64,000 nucleotides of DNA from Porphyridium purpureum. Taxonomy: Eukaryota. The position numbers and the translations under genes were made by a program. The DNA lies in NCBI GenBank assembly GCA_008690995.1, contig VRMN01000001.1, positions 3,038,001 through 3,102,000 on the forward strand. Direction: 5' to 3'. The first letter of the stretch is position 1; every line of letters starts with the position of its first letter. The notes under the pieces are model-generated. The model did no database searches and had not been told where the DNA came from. It worked only from the letters and a program-made list of their open reading frames with translations. Positions 1 through 10,759 of the stretch are shown piece by piece.

Positions 1-2
1 CG

Positions 3-767
3 GCGTCAACGCTCGAGAGGAAACAACTTGCGCTGAAGACCGACTTGATTGGCAACGGCGTCGACTCTTTTACGGCCAGCGTTCTTTCCGGACTCTTCTA
101 CACGACGATGCCGCAGGAGACCACATCGGGCGACTATTGCTACTCGCACGCGAAGAGAATGCAGCTGGCTGCATTGAACGACCTTGGCTTTGGAGCAGAC
201 GCAAAGCCGTTCATCAGGGATGAGGCAACCTGGACAGCGATGCTCGAAGCCGAAAACGCTTTCCTGAACAACATTCTTGCGATGGAGGCGAATGGCACCA
301 CGACTCGCACGTCGGCCGGTGTAGGCGTCCAACTCGAATCTTTCAAATCGCGCGGTCTGCTTGATGACCTCGTCTGGGACCCGCTCAAGCAGCTTTTCTG
401 CTGCGCGAGTAGCGGGCAGTGCTTTGTTCATCAGCTCTGCGCGCAGGAAGCGTGTGCTAATTGCGACACCGTTTGGACGACAAACATTCCGACCGCCGCC
501 AGCGGATGCGGAGGATGGTCGCAGGTTGTGCAGAATGGACTGAATGAGCCGCCATCGTGGTCTAAGCGTAGCGACTGGCGTCGCCGCATGTATTTGAACT
601 GTCTGGCGGAGACTGTTCCGTCCAACAACGCGGTGGACTGGGCTTTGGCTGGCGTTGGCGACGCGTTGTCGTTCTCGTCAAACTCTTTCGGAAATGCGTG
701 CCCGGTGGGCGTAACGTGGTCCTTCGCACTCGCGCCAAACTCGTGCACTCATATGCAGGGCCACTAG
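3..767 (+). CDS. 5'-truncated hypothetical Cys-rich protein
   Basis: The frame of ORF 45..767 stays open back to the window start. Protein-like composition with a Cys cluster (CCASSGQCFVHQLCAQEACANC). No family recognised. Confidence 0.6.
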   Translation, partial: ASTLERKQLALKTDLIGNGVDSFTASVLSGLFYTTMPQETTSGDYCYSHAKRMQLAALNDLGFGADAKPFIRDEATWTAMLEAENAFLNNILAMEANGTTTRTSAGVGVQLESFKSRGLLDDLVWDPLKQLFCCASSGQCFVHQLCAQEACANCDTVWTTNIPTAASGCGGWSQVVQNGLNEPPSWSKRSDWRRRMYLNCLAETVPSNNAVDWALAGVGDALSFSSNSFGNACPVGVTWSFALAPNSCTHMQGH

Positions 768-1303
768 TCCGAGTGCCTTGGATCCGAGGAAGTGCTTCGG
801 TATTCAATTTACAGAGTTCAGAGTTTTGCGCCTTACCCGGTGCAGGGTATTAACCTAACTAAAGGATCGTTTGCTTTCACGCGATACCCTGACTACTGCA
901 TAAAATTCATCGTTAGCACCCGTGCACTAGGAATGCGATGGAACATCTGCAAACCGCAGTCCCACCCCACGATCACGACGCCCGCGGCATTCTTGGTCCG
1001 TTGCCCGGACCATGCTGCCGACGGGATGGTGAATTTCGCGAGCCACAAGGAGGCTCGTCGCCATTGTAGCACTAGCGAAAAGCGGGTGGCACGCAAGGTC
1101 GTACAAAAGATGAGGTTTCAAAGAACAATTCAAGATTGCGTGCGCCGCCGCCCATGGTGTCCCGTCATGGAAAGCGTTCACTGCAGCAGCGATTCTCGGT
1201 GTGAGGATTCAGCCTGACAAAGTTATTAGGTCGAGTACACTAGATTCTCAAGCAGATTTGCGTTCAAAGAATGAATATAATCCTACGGTAATTCACTGTG
1301 TGC

Positions 1304-1885
1304 CTAGGCCTGCTTGCGCATACCAAGCTTATACTTGACCCACTCGAAGAACGGCAAAGCCGCCTCCGGTGTCACAATGGTGGTTGGCCAGTCCCGAATC
1401 TCAGTCGAGATCACCTTGTATCCGAATTCAAGTTCATCTCTATATTTGCTCAGCTGCGGGTACTTGTTCATCGCGCCGGCCAGGAATTTACGCGAGTCCG
1501 GCCCAAAGACCACCTGGGCAATACCCTTATCTAGCGCGCCCTGGTAGAGTTTTCTGCTCCAGTTGGCCTTCATCGCGTTAACCAGCGTCTTGGAGTTCCT
1601 GTCTCCTCCGACCATTCCAACAGGATACCAAATCTTCGCACGCTGCGTGCGCGCAAAGATCGCAAACACGGGGGTGCCATCCTTGGGCAGCTCTGGCGGA
1701 CCTCCCTGTGGCAATCTGTCCCTGGACGCACGCCCAGAACCCTTCGCCATCCTTAGCACGCTGGACTTCTGCTGCCGCAGGTACTGTTGGTGCAGCAGCT
1801 GCTGCTGTCTCACGACACCCACTGTCCTCTTCTGCCGCACCGCGCCCTCAAAGGGCAGCGCCACCTGCACAAACGCCGCGTCCAT
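1304..1885 (-). CDS. HHL1-like (hypersensitive to high light 1) plastid protein
   Basis: ATG at 1885 (MDAAFV..., transit-peptide-like). Motifs PVFAIFARTQRAKIWYPVG and KYPQL...LEFGYKV resemble the HHL1 family. Confidence 0.7.
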   Translation of the reverse strand: MDAAFVQVALPFEGAVRQKRTVGVVRQQQLLHQQYLRQQKSSVLRMAKGSGRASRDRLPQGGPPELPKDGTPVFAIFARTQRAKIWYPVGMVGGDRNSKTLVNAMKANWSRKLYQGALDKGIAQVVFGPDSRKFLAGAMNKYPQLSKYRDELEFGYKVISTEIRDWPTTIVTPEAALPFFEWVKYKLGMRKQA

Positions 1886-2304
1886 TTCGTCCCCGCCCTC
1901 GTTGAAAGGATGCCGCGTCTTCCCTACACGCATTCACGGATCGACGTCCTCTCTCGCACACCCCCTTGCCGACTTTGATCCCCTCAGACACTTATATCCT
2001 TTGACCTCATCCCTCTCTACCGCTCATTGCGACTTGCACCCTCCCACCTTCCACAGCTAGCGGCGAGATTGGCTTACTGTACCCCAACCCATACTAAACC
2101 CTCATTGAAACCGAGCCTTTTGGTTAGAATGAGGGTTACTGCAGAAGGAATCACTGTACCTCAGTCAACTGTACTTGAGCTTCTTTTGATGCTGCCGGAT
2201 CGGAGGGCAGCGAGGAATGAAACCGTGCATTTCGGCTGGGTGCGGGTCTGATCAGCAACCAAGCCGCGAGTCGTTGGCGTGTCAACTCTCTGCTGGTGGG
2301 GCAA

Positions 2305-3252
2305 ATGGAGCCATCCGCTTGCTTTGCGAACGCGAATCCAGTCTTCTTTTCGTCGCGGCCGTCTGCTGCGAGGAAGAAGTCGGTGCCTCATGGTCGTCCG
2401 AACGGATGCGCGTTGAAGGCGGTGGGGGAGCCAGATGCTCGTCTAGACGGTGCGCGCGGTGCGGTGAGTCGACGAGAATGGCTCCGCATCGTCACCGGAA
2501 GCGTGGCGGCTGCCAGTTCGAGCGCATGGTTGGTCTCGAGGCCGGGGCGCGCCGCGGCAATCAACGGCATGGTGCAGTTTCCAATCACACATGCACTCAG
2601 CAATAGATACTTTGGGCTTCGTGCCGGCGAGGCACTGGATGATGTCAAGGGCGTGGTGGCCACCAATCCGGTAGAAAAGACGTCCATAAAGGTACACGGT
2701 CTGACAGGCCAGGGTGTGCGTCAGGTAGAAGCGGTTGCAAGGCAGTTGAAAGACGTTGGCTTGGGTGAAGATGGGACGGACGTGTGGATTTGGGCAAGTC
2801 AGAGCATCAAGTGTATGGAATCTGGAGACATTCTTGCGTACCAGCTGCAGCTGAACCAGCGAAGCCTGGTGCCTGAGTTTTATGCTTTGGACGCCAGAGG
2901 GCTGGGGGCTTATGAAGGGCAAAAGTGGGCGTCGGTACGGGATGAAATCCGCGCGAAAGATAGGCTCAGCGAGGCGAATCGTCCACCGCCAGGGGAGGAT
3001 GGTACGCCGAACGAGAGCTTGCAAGACGTACTTGTGCGAGTTCAACAGCTGATTTCAAAGACTGAAACGCAGTATCAAGGCGCTAACGTCGTGTTTATTT
3101 CGCCAGATTCATACAACCTGGCTGTGTTAGAAAGCTTGCTGCAAAATAGAGACGTGCGCGAGCAAGACGCCCTCGAATGGGCTCCTGGTGAGTGGCGCGA
3201 GCTCGTGCCCGTAGTCGTGGACCCAGCGCCGTCGCCTACACTTCCGCTGTGA
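2305..3252 (+). CDS. Histidine-phosphatase / phosphoglycerate-mutase-like protein, probably plastid or thylakoid targeted
   Basis: LRAGE (RHGE-like), GLTGQG, LDARGLGAYEG and PNESLQDVLVRV motifs. N-terminal transit peptide with SRREWL twin-Arg-like and AxA motifs. Confidence 0.7.
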   Translation: MEPSACFANANPVFFSSRPSAARKKSVPHGRPNGCALKAVGEPDARLDGARGAVSRREWLRIVTGSVAAASSSAWLVSRPGRAAAINGMVQFPITHALSNRYFGLRAGEALDDVKGVVATNPVEKTSIKVHGLTGQGVRQVEAVARQLKDVGLGEDGTDVWIWASQSIKCMESGDILAYQLQLNQRSLVPEFYALDARGLGAYEGQKWASVRDEIRAKDRLSEANRPPPGEDGTPNESLQDVLVRVQQLISKTETQYQGANVVFISPDSYNLAVLESLLQNRDVREQDALEWAPGEWRELVPVVVDPAPSPTLPL

Positions 3253-3686
3253 AGCACGGGCGAACTGACATGCCTTTCTGGTTTTGCCCGTTGCGGGATT
3301 GTTCTTCTGCGTGCGATTGTGCGGATTTCTTCTGCTCTAAGCGTATATAAGGGACATGGACTGAGTCCTACCTCGACTGCTTGAACGGGGGAAAGCTGCA
3401 TATTCTTCATTCATCAGGCCGGATCTGTTCCTACATCATTTATCGTTTGGTCGATCAATTTCGTCAGCGGTGAGAAAGCGTCTGAATGCCCTCGAAAGGA
3501 AATGGTTCGCGAATGTAAGAGGACATGTTGTCAGCAAGATTGGAGCTCTACTTCTTTTACTTTCGCTGGCCATGAGGAGGAAACCCAGACACACAACACG
3601 CACGCTAACATCGGTACAGTTCCCCGCTCCACAATAAAACATCCAGTCGCTCACAGAAGCCTCCCAGCCGTACGATCCAAGACGCT

Positions 3687-4523
3687 TCAGGGTTCGTAAG
3701 CAAGCGAGATACCCAACTTCTGGCCCTTGTCGAGTTCCTTGACGTTCAGAACCGAGCTCAGAGTCAGAGTGGTGGCCGGCTGAAGCATTGTGATGTAAGA
3801 GGTGGACATGTTTCCGTCCGTGTTGATCTTGGTCTTGAGCACCGCGTCAGGGTTAAGCACGTAATGCGCTCCCATGGTCAGCAGCTTGGAGCTATCCTTC
3901 AGGTTGTACACGACCTCACCAGCCACAGACACGGTAGAGTTTACGCTGTGCGAGTATGAGGTCTTGATCATGGATGCCTTGTTCAGCAGCGCGACCGTTA
4001 CCTCACTAGTCTTCGAATCGGCGAACGAAATTGCGCCATCAATCTTGGACAGCGTGTTGTCAGCTGCCTTGAACTGTGCCTCCATGCCGGCAAACAGTCC
4101 TGCGTGACCCGTGGCAAACGAAGCAGTGACGGTTGGCCCACCAAGCACATCAAAGAGCGAGGTCATCGCGAAATGCTTATGGGTGTATTCGACCTTTGCG
4201 GATGCGGCCGGAGAGATTCCCGGGCCTGTGGCGCCCGTGAGCACGAGCTTGAGGCCGGTTACGCCGAGCTTATCGAGCGTCATCTCCGAGCTCACCTTGC
4301 CGGTGGTGTTGAGTTTTGAGTTGACGACCACCTGGCCGGGGATCGTGCCCTTGATCGCCAGCTCGCCCGCAAGCGCGCCAGACTTTGCGTTGTTTACCGA
4401 ATCAATCGTGAACGAGGTGCCTGCCGAGGACTTGGACACCACCTTGACCTTTGCATCGCTCACGTAGTCGTCATTGAGCAGCTTGCGGGCCGTCTTGCCC
4501 AGATCCGCGTACATCTTCATCAT
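3687..4523 (-). CDS. VDAC: Mitochondrial porin / voltage-dependent anion channel
   Basis: N-terminal YADLGKTARKLLNDDY helix, 278-aa beta-strand pattern, LKTKINTDG and C-terminal KLGISLAYEP. Confidence 0.92.
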   Translation of the reverse strand: MMKMYADLGKTARKLLNDDYVSDAKVKVVSKSSAGTSFTIDSVNNAKSGALAGELAIKGTIPGQVVVNSKLNTTGKVSSEMTLDKLGVTGLKLVLTGATGPGISPAASAKVEYTHKHFAMTSLFDVLGGPTVTASFATGHAGLFAGMEAQFKAADNTLSKIDGAISFADSKTSEVTVALLNKASMIKTSYSHSVNSTVSVAGEVVYNLKDSSKLLTMGAHYVLNPDAVLKTKINTDGNMSTSYITMLQPATTLTLSSVLNVKELDKGQKLGISLAYEP

Positions 4524-6438
4524 GACTGGTCGCTCGTTGCTTGTCCCGCCGCAGATCGCACGTCTCCGGACCCTCTCACGCTCCTTTCCCTACCTACTAC
4601 ACACAATGTCCCTCCCTCCAGACCACCACACCCGATCTACTCTCCTTTCCCCTCCTTCCCCACCTACCCCACCTACCCCCGCAAAGCCCTCAACTCAGAA
4701 GCCTTGTTTGTCCTCCGTGTACGTGCTTCGTCACATTTGGAACGACGCGATTGGGCGGTCGTCGGTGCATGCGCCCTTTTGCTCGTTTTGCATCCGGGCG
4801 GATTCCCACTGGAAATCACAAAAGAAGCTCGTTTTGTTAGGACGCACGTCGTGTGCGATCGAGATTTGTAACGACAACCGATCGTGAAAAAATGAAGAAG
4901 GTACAGTTTAAATAAGTGAGCTAAACACACCGTACAAGCACACACTAACCGAGCCGACACGCCGACAAGCCGAGCAGGACGCCCTGCGAGCTTCGTGCGC
5001 GTTCTCACAGACACTCACACGAAGGTTGTCAAGCTACTGCATACTCAACGGTACAAGAGGCAGTTCATACTATTGCTCATCCAGCACAAGGTGCGGGTTT
5101 TCTGGTGTTTGTGCCGCTCTGTCGCAACGCAAACGAGCAAGACCAGGGCTTGCGCAAAGAAGGACGTGGCGCGAAACTCGGCCGCCGAGCTCGTAGGCCT
5201 CTTGACTGTCACAGAACGACCGGGCATGGGCGATGCACGCCTGCGGCTCGTTTATGCGCATTAAATTGGTGTAAAGCATAGCACCGTTAACTGATGCGCG
5301 TCAAGCGTGCCCCAGGCAAGACGGAAATCGCGTGCACGCATACCCCTCGGGAAAAGATTTGCGAGCCGTGCCCTCGCAGGAAGATGGATGCCTCGTTGCT
5401 CGCGTGAAGCTGCACATGAGCTGTCCAATTTCGCACGGCCGTCAGCGCCATCTGTGCTTTTGAAGGCCTACGACTGTGGGAAACGTGGACAAACATTAGC
5501 TCCTGCCGAGGAGCAGAATCGTTCGATATTCACCAGGCGCGAGGCAGGGGGCATCTGTCGCGGGCAAGTCTTTGTGGAGAAGCAGATTGTCTCCATGCCA
5601 AAATGCTTGTGGCGCACAGACCCCCAGTTGGAAGCCCATGTTGTGCTGCGTCCTGGCGCGTCCGCGTGGGTACTTTCGATGCCTTGAGTCTGGATTGGGA
5701 AGCCGATTCGCGGCACGTTCGACACAGAGCGGGGTTGTGATCTGTATGCTTTTGCGCGTGGCGCGCCTCGCGTCAAACTAGACACGAGCGTGCTGGCACG
5801 TCTATTCGGCGGCGCAACTTGGGTCCATGTCGGCACAGCTCGTTCTGTTGGCACGATTTACTTCGTCCTGCAAGCCACGCAACTTGCAGTAGACTTTCGC
5901 TGGACACGTCGGCTTTTCTCTAGACCACTCCACACGAACGTCTGGTCCTTCCAGCTGCGAACCTCGCGAGTCTGTATCGAGTCGGCTCAATCCGGCGGAT
6001 GGGGACACATCATCCGACCGGGGATGGGACAAGTCAGCATGAGGTGCTGAGGTGTGATCTCACTGAGATTGCGGCTTTCGATTCCAGCCGGACGTCTGTG
6101 CGCCTGCCACTGGGACACATCACACCTGGCATGTCAAGCAGGCGCTTGCAGACGCCCAATCACAGCTCAACACGCGTCGAAGCGGTATGTCCGGTTGCTT
6201 TGCGGATTGAATTCGACGGGGTCTTTTGAAGCCCGACTTGGGAAACCCGATTTGCCGGAACCGTAGATCTGTATCTACCCGGTCACCACATAAAAATCGG
6301 TCGCGTGGATGTTGCGCACATCCTGTCATGCACCCTGTCAGATAAAAGTCATGCCGGATGATGTACACGCTGTACTTCTGTCACTTCTGGTAAAACAGCT
6401 CTGTTTCACTATAAAGTGGGTACCGTTAATATACGTTT

Positions 6439-6553
6439 GGGATGGAGGTGGAGGGATACGGTAGGGAGATGGAGGGGCGCGGGAAGGAGGTGGGTAGGAA
6501 GGGGTAGGAAGGGGTAGGAAGCGGTAGGAAGGTGGGGTCGTTGGGGATGGTGG
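6439..6553 (+). repeat. G-rich purine tract with (GGTAGGAAGG)-like x4 tandem
   Basis: ggtaggaaggggtaggaaggggtaggaagcggtaggaagg plus several G3/G4 runs are visible. Confidence 0.7.
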
Positions 6554-6753
6554 CTGCCGAAAGTGCAGAATCAGCACATCGATGGCGACTGAAATGGAGT
6601 CAAGGCTTTGCGAACAGGCCTGAATTCGCCAAATTCTAAGGAGATTTTCGAGAAGTTGAGGCGAGGGTAGGGACGGGGCCGGGCCGGGCCGGGAGGGGCG
6701 TGGCGTCCCACGTGACTGCGACACAGAAATGGGCCTGGCACGCCGATGAGGTG

Positions 6754-6760
6754 TATATAA
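6754..6760 (+). promoter_or_regulatory. Probable TATA box of the 809-aa secreted protein gene
   Basis: TATATAA about 140 nt upstream of ATG 6899, preceded by GC-rich (GGGCC)n motifs. Confidence 0.5.
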
Positions 6761-6898
6761 GCGCTGCAGGTCCGCAGTCGTATGAAAGGCTTTCATGGTC
6801 GGAAGGTTTAGGTAGGGAATCACGGTGAGGGTAACTGCTTACCACAGGGAGGGAGCAGGGCTTCGTGCCGAGTGGCTGACTAATCAACTAACTTTGAA

Positions 6899-9328
6899 AT
6901 GGTGAGAATGAGAGTCGGGTCTTTGCTGGTACTGGCGCTTTGCGTCGGCGCCGCGGTGGCCTCACCAACCGCGTTGTTCAGACAGTTCGCAGCTATTGAC
7001 GATTCGTGGCAGGAGTCCACCTGTCTCGCATCGGCCGGATATGGTGCGGGTGAAATCCAGGGCTGCAAGCTCGGAACGCGCAATGGCGGAACCAGGGCCG
7101 AGAACGCCTACAACTTGTTGTGCTTAGCCGATCGCTTCGGTGTTGCGTCTAATAACTGCATGGTTGATTACGCGACAGGCGCCAAGAGCTGCCCGGGTAT
7201 GGATGCCAGTGCGCAGTCGGTGTATGCATCTCCCGAAGAAGTTGTCGACGCCCTTGTGGATACAGACTCATGGGAGTTGACGCCAGGCATGCCAATCACG
7301 TCGTCTGGACCGGGCGGACGCTTCCGGGGCATGGCCATCGTGGAGCTCAACGACCACGAGTACTCCACTGTGGCCCCAAGGGCGGTCGTCTTCTCGACAA
7401 CTCCAGCAGCGAGCTTGATTGACGTGTACAATTTTTGCCCGCTCGCCGGAGGTAACACGATGGGAGGCGATGACTCGTTCCTCGGCGGCGGCCGAGTTCT
7501 GAACACCATGTGCAATGCTCTGTACTCTGGGGTGCAGGCGATGGTGTCGGACTGCTCGTTGGTGAGGTTCTACCTGACGCCAAAGGATAATGTCTTCGTT
7601 TCTGGCGCAGCCCAGTCGAACTTGGACTTTGGCTTTGGTGTTGCATCAGATGAGTGGGACTCGTATGGTGATGCGTCGGAGGGTGTGACTTTGTACAACG
7701 ACATTTCGATCATCAGCGTGCGCGAAATCGCGAACAAGGCCAACCCGGGCGAGATTATGTACGACACGGTGACGAACATGGTGCCGTCGAACAAGGCACT
7801 CCTACCAGGAGGGCGAGGAGAAGTGTCCATTGGCAACGTGAATGCGTTCACGAACCAGGACTTTTTCAACTCGGTGCTGAAAGAGCAGAACCCGCGCATT
7901 GACACCTTTGGGTGGTCGAGCTGGCTGGACGCGCCGGTGATGACAATCAAGAAGGGCGGCGTGTACGAGTTTGTTGCCGGAGTGTGCAACTGCGGCGATG
8001 GCACGAAGGGCACGACTGCGTTGTTCATGGCCGAGGACTCGATTCGCATTTGCGACAAGACGCCGATGGACGTGACTTGCTCGTTTGACGACACGGTGTG
8101 GAAGAATAAGAACGGCTTGTCTTCCGGATCGACCGTTGGGCTGGAGCTGAGGTCCGGTCAATGCCCGGCACCGCCCATGCCGACATACAAGACCGGCTGC
8201 GCCGGCGAGAGGGAGATGTACCTTGACTCGGCCAGCCTGGATGCGAAAGGCCGACTCGTGCACAAGTATGCGACTGCGGAAGACTCGTCCGTGACGTGCA
8301 CCTACCTTTACGTGGATGAGATCCCGAGGCCCTCTGGACAGCTGACTGCGGACAAGACGGAGGTGATGCTCGACGTGAACGGTGAGGCTTTCGTGGAGTT
8401 TGACTGGCTCGCTGAGGGATGCGGTCTGCGCGAGGTGACAATCCTTCCAGACGCCTTTGCAACAGCGCCGACGACCAGAACTGCGGTGCCGATGATCGTG
8501 AAGGAGACGTACCAAGACGTGAACGAGCCGAAGAGCGGCACGGTGAATGCAATGTATCGTTACTCGCCGCGCACCCGCTCAAACTACTTGACGGGCATCA
8601 GCGAGCTGTCGTCGGCGACGTACACTGCGGAGCTGACGGTGACGAACAAGTTTGGGTTCAAGGCGATCAAGTACGTACAAGTGTGCGTGGTCCAGAACGG
8701 CGATTCGACGCTGCCAAACACGTGCTCGTTTGCGCCGGAGCCAACTCAGGAGCCGGTGGCGACGACGACCCCGCCAACTCCGTCGCCGACCCCAATTGTG
8801 GACAGGTTCTGCTGCAAGAGCACGGACGCCGGCGCAGTTTGCGAGGCCGACAGCTCTGACACGGAGAAGAGCGACTCGGAGTCCAGCGGGACGGAGAAGA
8901 GCGACTCGGAGTCCAGCGGGACGGAGAAGAGCGACTCGGAGACCAGCGGGACGGAGAAGAGCGACTCGGAGACCAGCGGGACGGAGAAGAGCGAATCGGA
9001 GGAAACAGACAACGAGAAGAGCGAGTCGGAGTTCAGCGAGACGGAGAAGAGCGAGACGGAGGACACAAACAACGAGAAGAGCGAGACGGAGGACACAAAC
9101 AACGAGAAGAGCGAGTCGGAAGACACAAACACTGAGAAGGAAGACAAGAATAAGAAGCGTTTCGTGAATGCCTCTGACAAGCGTTTTAAGAAGAAGGGCA
9201 AGGGCTACCATGGCTTTGGCAAGTTCTGGGGCAAGGGTTTTGGCAAGCCAAAGTCGTCCGACTCTGAGGCCGAGGCCACCATCGATGCGGAGATCCTCGC
9301 TTGCAAGTGCCGCTGCTCGACTCGTTGA
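6899..9328 (+). CDS. Large secreted Cys-rich protein with a Pro/Thr linker and an acidic repeat
   Basis: 809-aa ORF with signal peptide (VGSLLVLALCVGAAVA), many Cys, a PTPSPTP linker and a TEKSDSESSG decapeptide repeat. Confidence 0.85.
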   Translation: MVRMRVGSLLVLALCVGAAVASPTALFRQFAAIDDSWQESTCLASAGYGAGEIQGCKLGTRNGGTRAENAYNLLCLADRFGVASNNCMVDYATGAKSCPGMDASAQSVYASPEEVVDALVDTDSWELTPGMPITSSGPGGRFRGMAIVELNDHEYSTVAPRAVVFSTTPAASLIDVYNFCPLAGGNTMGGDDSFLGGGRVLNTMCNALYSGVQAMVSDCSLVRFYLTPKDNVFVSGAAQSNLDFGFGVASDEWDSYGDASEGVTLYNDISIISVREIANKANPGEIMYDTVTNMVPSNKALLPGGRGEVSIGNVNAFTNQDFFNSVLKEQNPRIDTFGWSSWLDAPVMTIKKGGVYEFVAGVCNCGDGTKGTTALFMAEDSIRICDKTPMDVTCSFDDTVWKNKNGLSSGSTVGLELRSGQCPAPPMPTYKTGCAGEREMYLDSASLDAKGRLVHKYATAEDSSVTCTYLYVDEIPRPSGQLTADKTEVMLDVNGEAFVEFDWLAEGCGLREVTILPDAFATAPTTRTAVPMIVKETYQDVNEPKSGTVNAMYRYSPRTRSNYLTGISELSSATYTAELTVTNKFGFKAIKYVQVCVVQNGDSTLPNTCSFAPEPTQEPVATTTPPTPSPTPIVDRFCCKSTDAGAVCEADSSDTEKSDSESSGTEKSDSESSGTEKSDSETSGTEKSDSETSGTEKSESEETDNEKSESEFSETEKSETEDTNNEKSETEDTNNEKSESEDTNTEKEDKNKKRFVNASDKRFKKKGKGYHGFGKFWGKGFGKPKSSDSEAEATIDAEILACKCRCSTR
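8861..9140 (+). repeat. 30-bp coding minisatellite, about 9 copies (TEKSDSESSG grading into NEKSETEDTN)
   Basis: acggagaagagcgactcggagtccagcggg repeated with a stepwise change in variants. Confidence 0.95.
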
Positions 9329-9909
9329 AGGACATGATGAACTGGGAACGACAATTTTGAGAGTTGGCGCACGCATGGCGACCCTTCCTTTTTTGTGGAT
9401 GGAAAATGAACACGCCCAATTTTGATCTGGCACGTTGCGCGAAAACAATCAACGTACGGAAACGCGAATAATGATATTATTATATCTTCACTAGAATAAA
9501 CGGATGATGAACTGAATGAGCAAATGCTAAGTGCTTCGGAAAGCACGTCCCCTGACGGAAGTGAAGAGGCTCCTTGTGACCCACACAGAGACCTCTTCGC
9601 ATTTGTCGCAAGCGCCCGCCAATGCCGTTGTCCAAGCCGAGCGCCAGTCTTGGGTTCATGTGTGCACGTGCGTTGCACCGGTCTCAGGAACTCATGGATA
9701 GTGCATGCGTTGCCCACTGTACTCAAGTGGTACAGTGATTCACACGACAACTGAACACGGCGGTACAGCTTAATGATGCACATGATTTGGATTTGCCGTT
9801 GCTGCCGAAACAGGCACGCAGAAACGTTTTCACCTGTCGGCTACGCGTTGCCATCTGCGCTGCGAAGGCGTTGGGGGTGGTGGTGGGCCAACGGGGAACA
9901 GCAGCCACG

Positions 9910-10680
9910 ATGGCCGCAGCGGGAGATGCGAGGCCCAGACACGATAACTACTACAAGCTGCTTGACCGCGACCTCAAGGAGGCGGCCGACATTGTGGAGA
10001 TCATCACCGCGGGATGGAAGGGCGAGGCGCTTCCGGAAGGCGCCGGTGGGCACACGGCAGTCCAAGGTAAGGTGCACGATATGGACATGATCCCGCCGTG
10101 GATGTTTACGGATTGCCACGGGATTGCGTTTCTGTATGAGTTTAAGGCTGCGTTTCTGGTCTCCGTTCACGCCGGCAATGGGTTTGTGGTGAGCAAGCTG
10201 AATAAGGGCTTGCCCGGCCAGGCGTGGTCCGCACCCGTGCCGTTTGTTCTCGGGGGCGCTGGCATTGGACTCACGGGTGGGGCTAACCGCTCAAGCGTCG
10301 TGCTATTTATCATGAGTGAACATGACCTAAGACGCTTCGCAGGCCCAGACGTGTCGCTCGGCGGAGACGTCAATGTAAGCGCAGGACCAGTCGGACGCGA
10401 TTCTCGAGCACAGGTCGATTTGGGCAAAGGTGGATTTTCCACTAACTTTGCATATTCGTTTTCGCAGGGTCTCTTCCTGGGCAGTGGCGCAACCGTTTCT
10501 GGATCCACTTGCAACTCGATTGCGTCGCACCATGTGTATGGCAAGGATGTGACAGTGGACCAGCTCCTAAAGGGAGAGAAAGGAAAGGAGACGGTGGATA
10601 CCATGAGCCACGCGTCGCAATTTTATACCAGCTTAAGCAAGGCGGAGGAATTTGGAAAGCATTTCCCGACCTCCGCGTGA
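9910..10680 (+). CDS. Ysc84/SYLF lipid-binding domain protein
   Basis: IPPWMFTDCHGIAFL, KAAFLVS..GNGFVV, WSAP, LGGDVNVSAGPVGRD and YSFSQGLFLG motifs. Confidence 0.85.
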   Translation: MAAAGDARPRHDNYYKLLDRDLKEAADIVEIITAGWKGEALPEGAGGHTAVQGKVHDMDMIPPWMFTDCHGIAFLYEFKAAFLVSVHAGNGFVVSKLNKGLPGQAWSAPVPFVLGGAGIGLTGGANRSSVVLFIMSEHDLRRFAGPDVSLGGDVNVSAGPVGRDSRAQVDLGKGGFSTNFAYSFSQGLFLGSGATVSGSTCNSIASHHVYGKDVTVDQLLKGEKGKETVDTMSHASQFYTSLSKAEEFGKHFPTSA

Positions 10681-10759
10681 TGCGCCGACTCGTTAGAATC
10701 GGGAAAGATAGGACTTCACCGGAACTGTTGACGTGTGCTCTCGCCCAAATACTGTCAAG

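Noticed and set aside
4900..6400. Short overlapping ORFs between VDAC and the secreted protein
   Set aside because: All are under 130 aa with no recognisable domain. Treated as intergenic or unresolved.
8861..9140. 30-bp periodic repeat as a CRISPR array
   Set aside because: No unique spacers, in-frame coding repeat, eukaryotic context and no cas genes.
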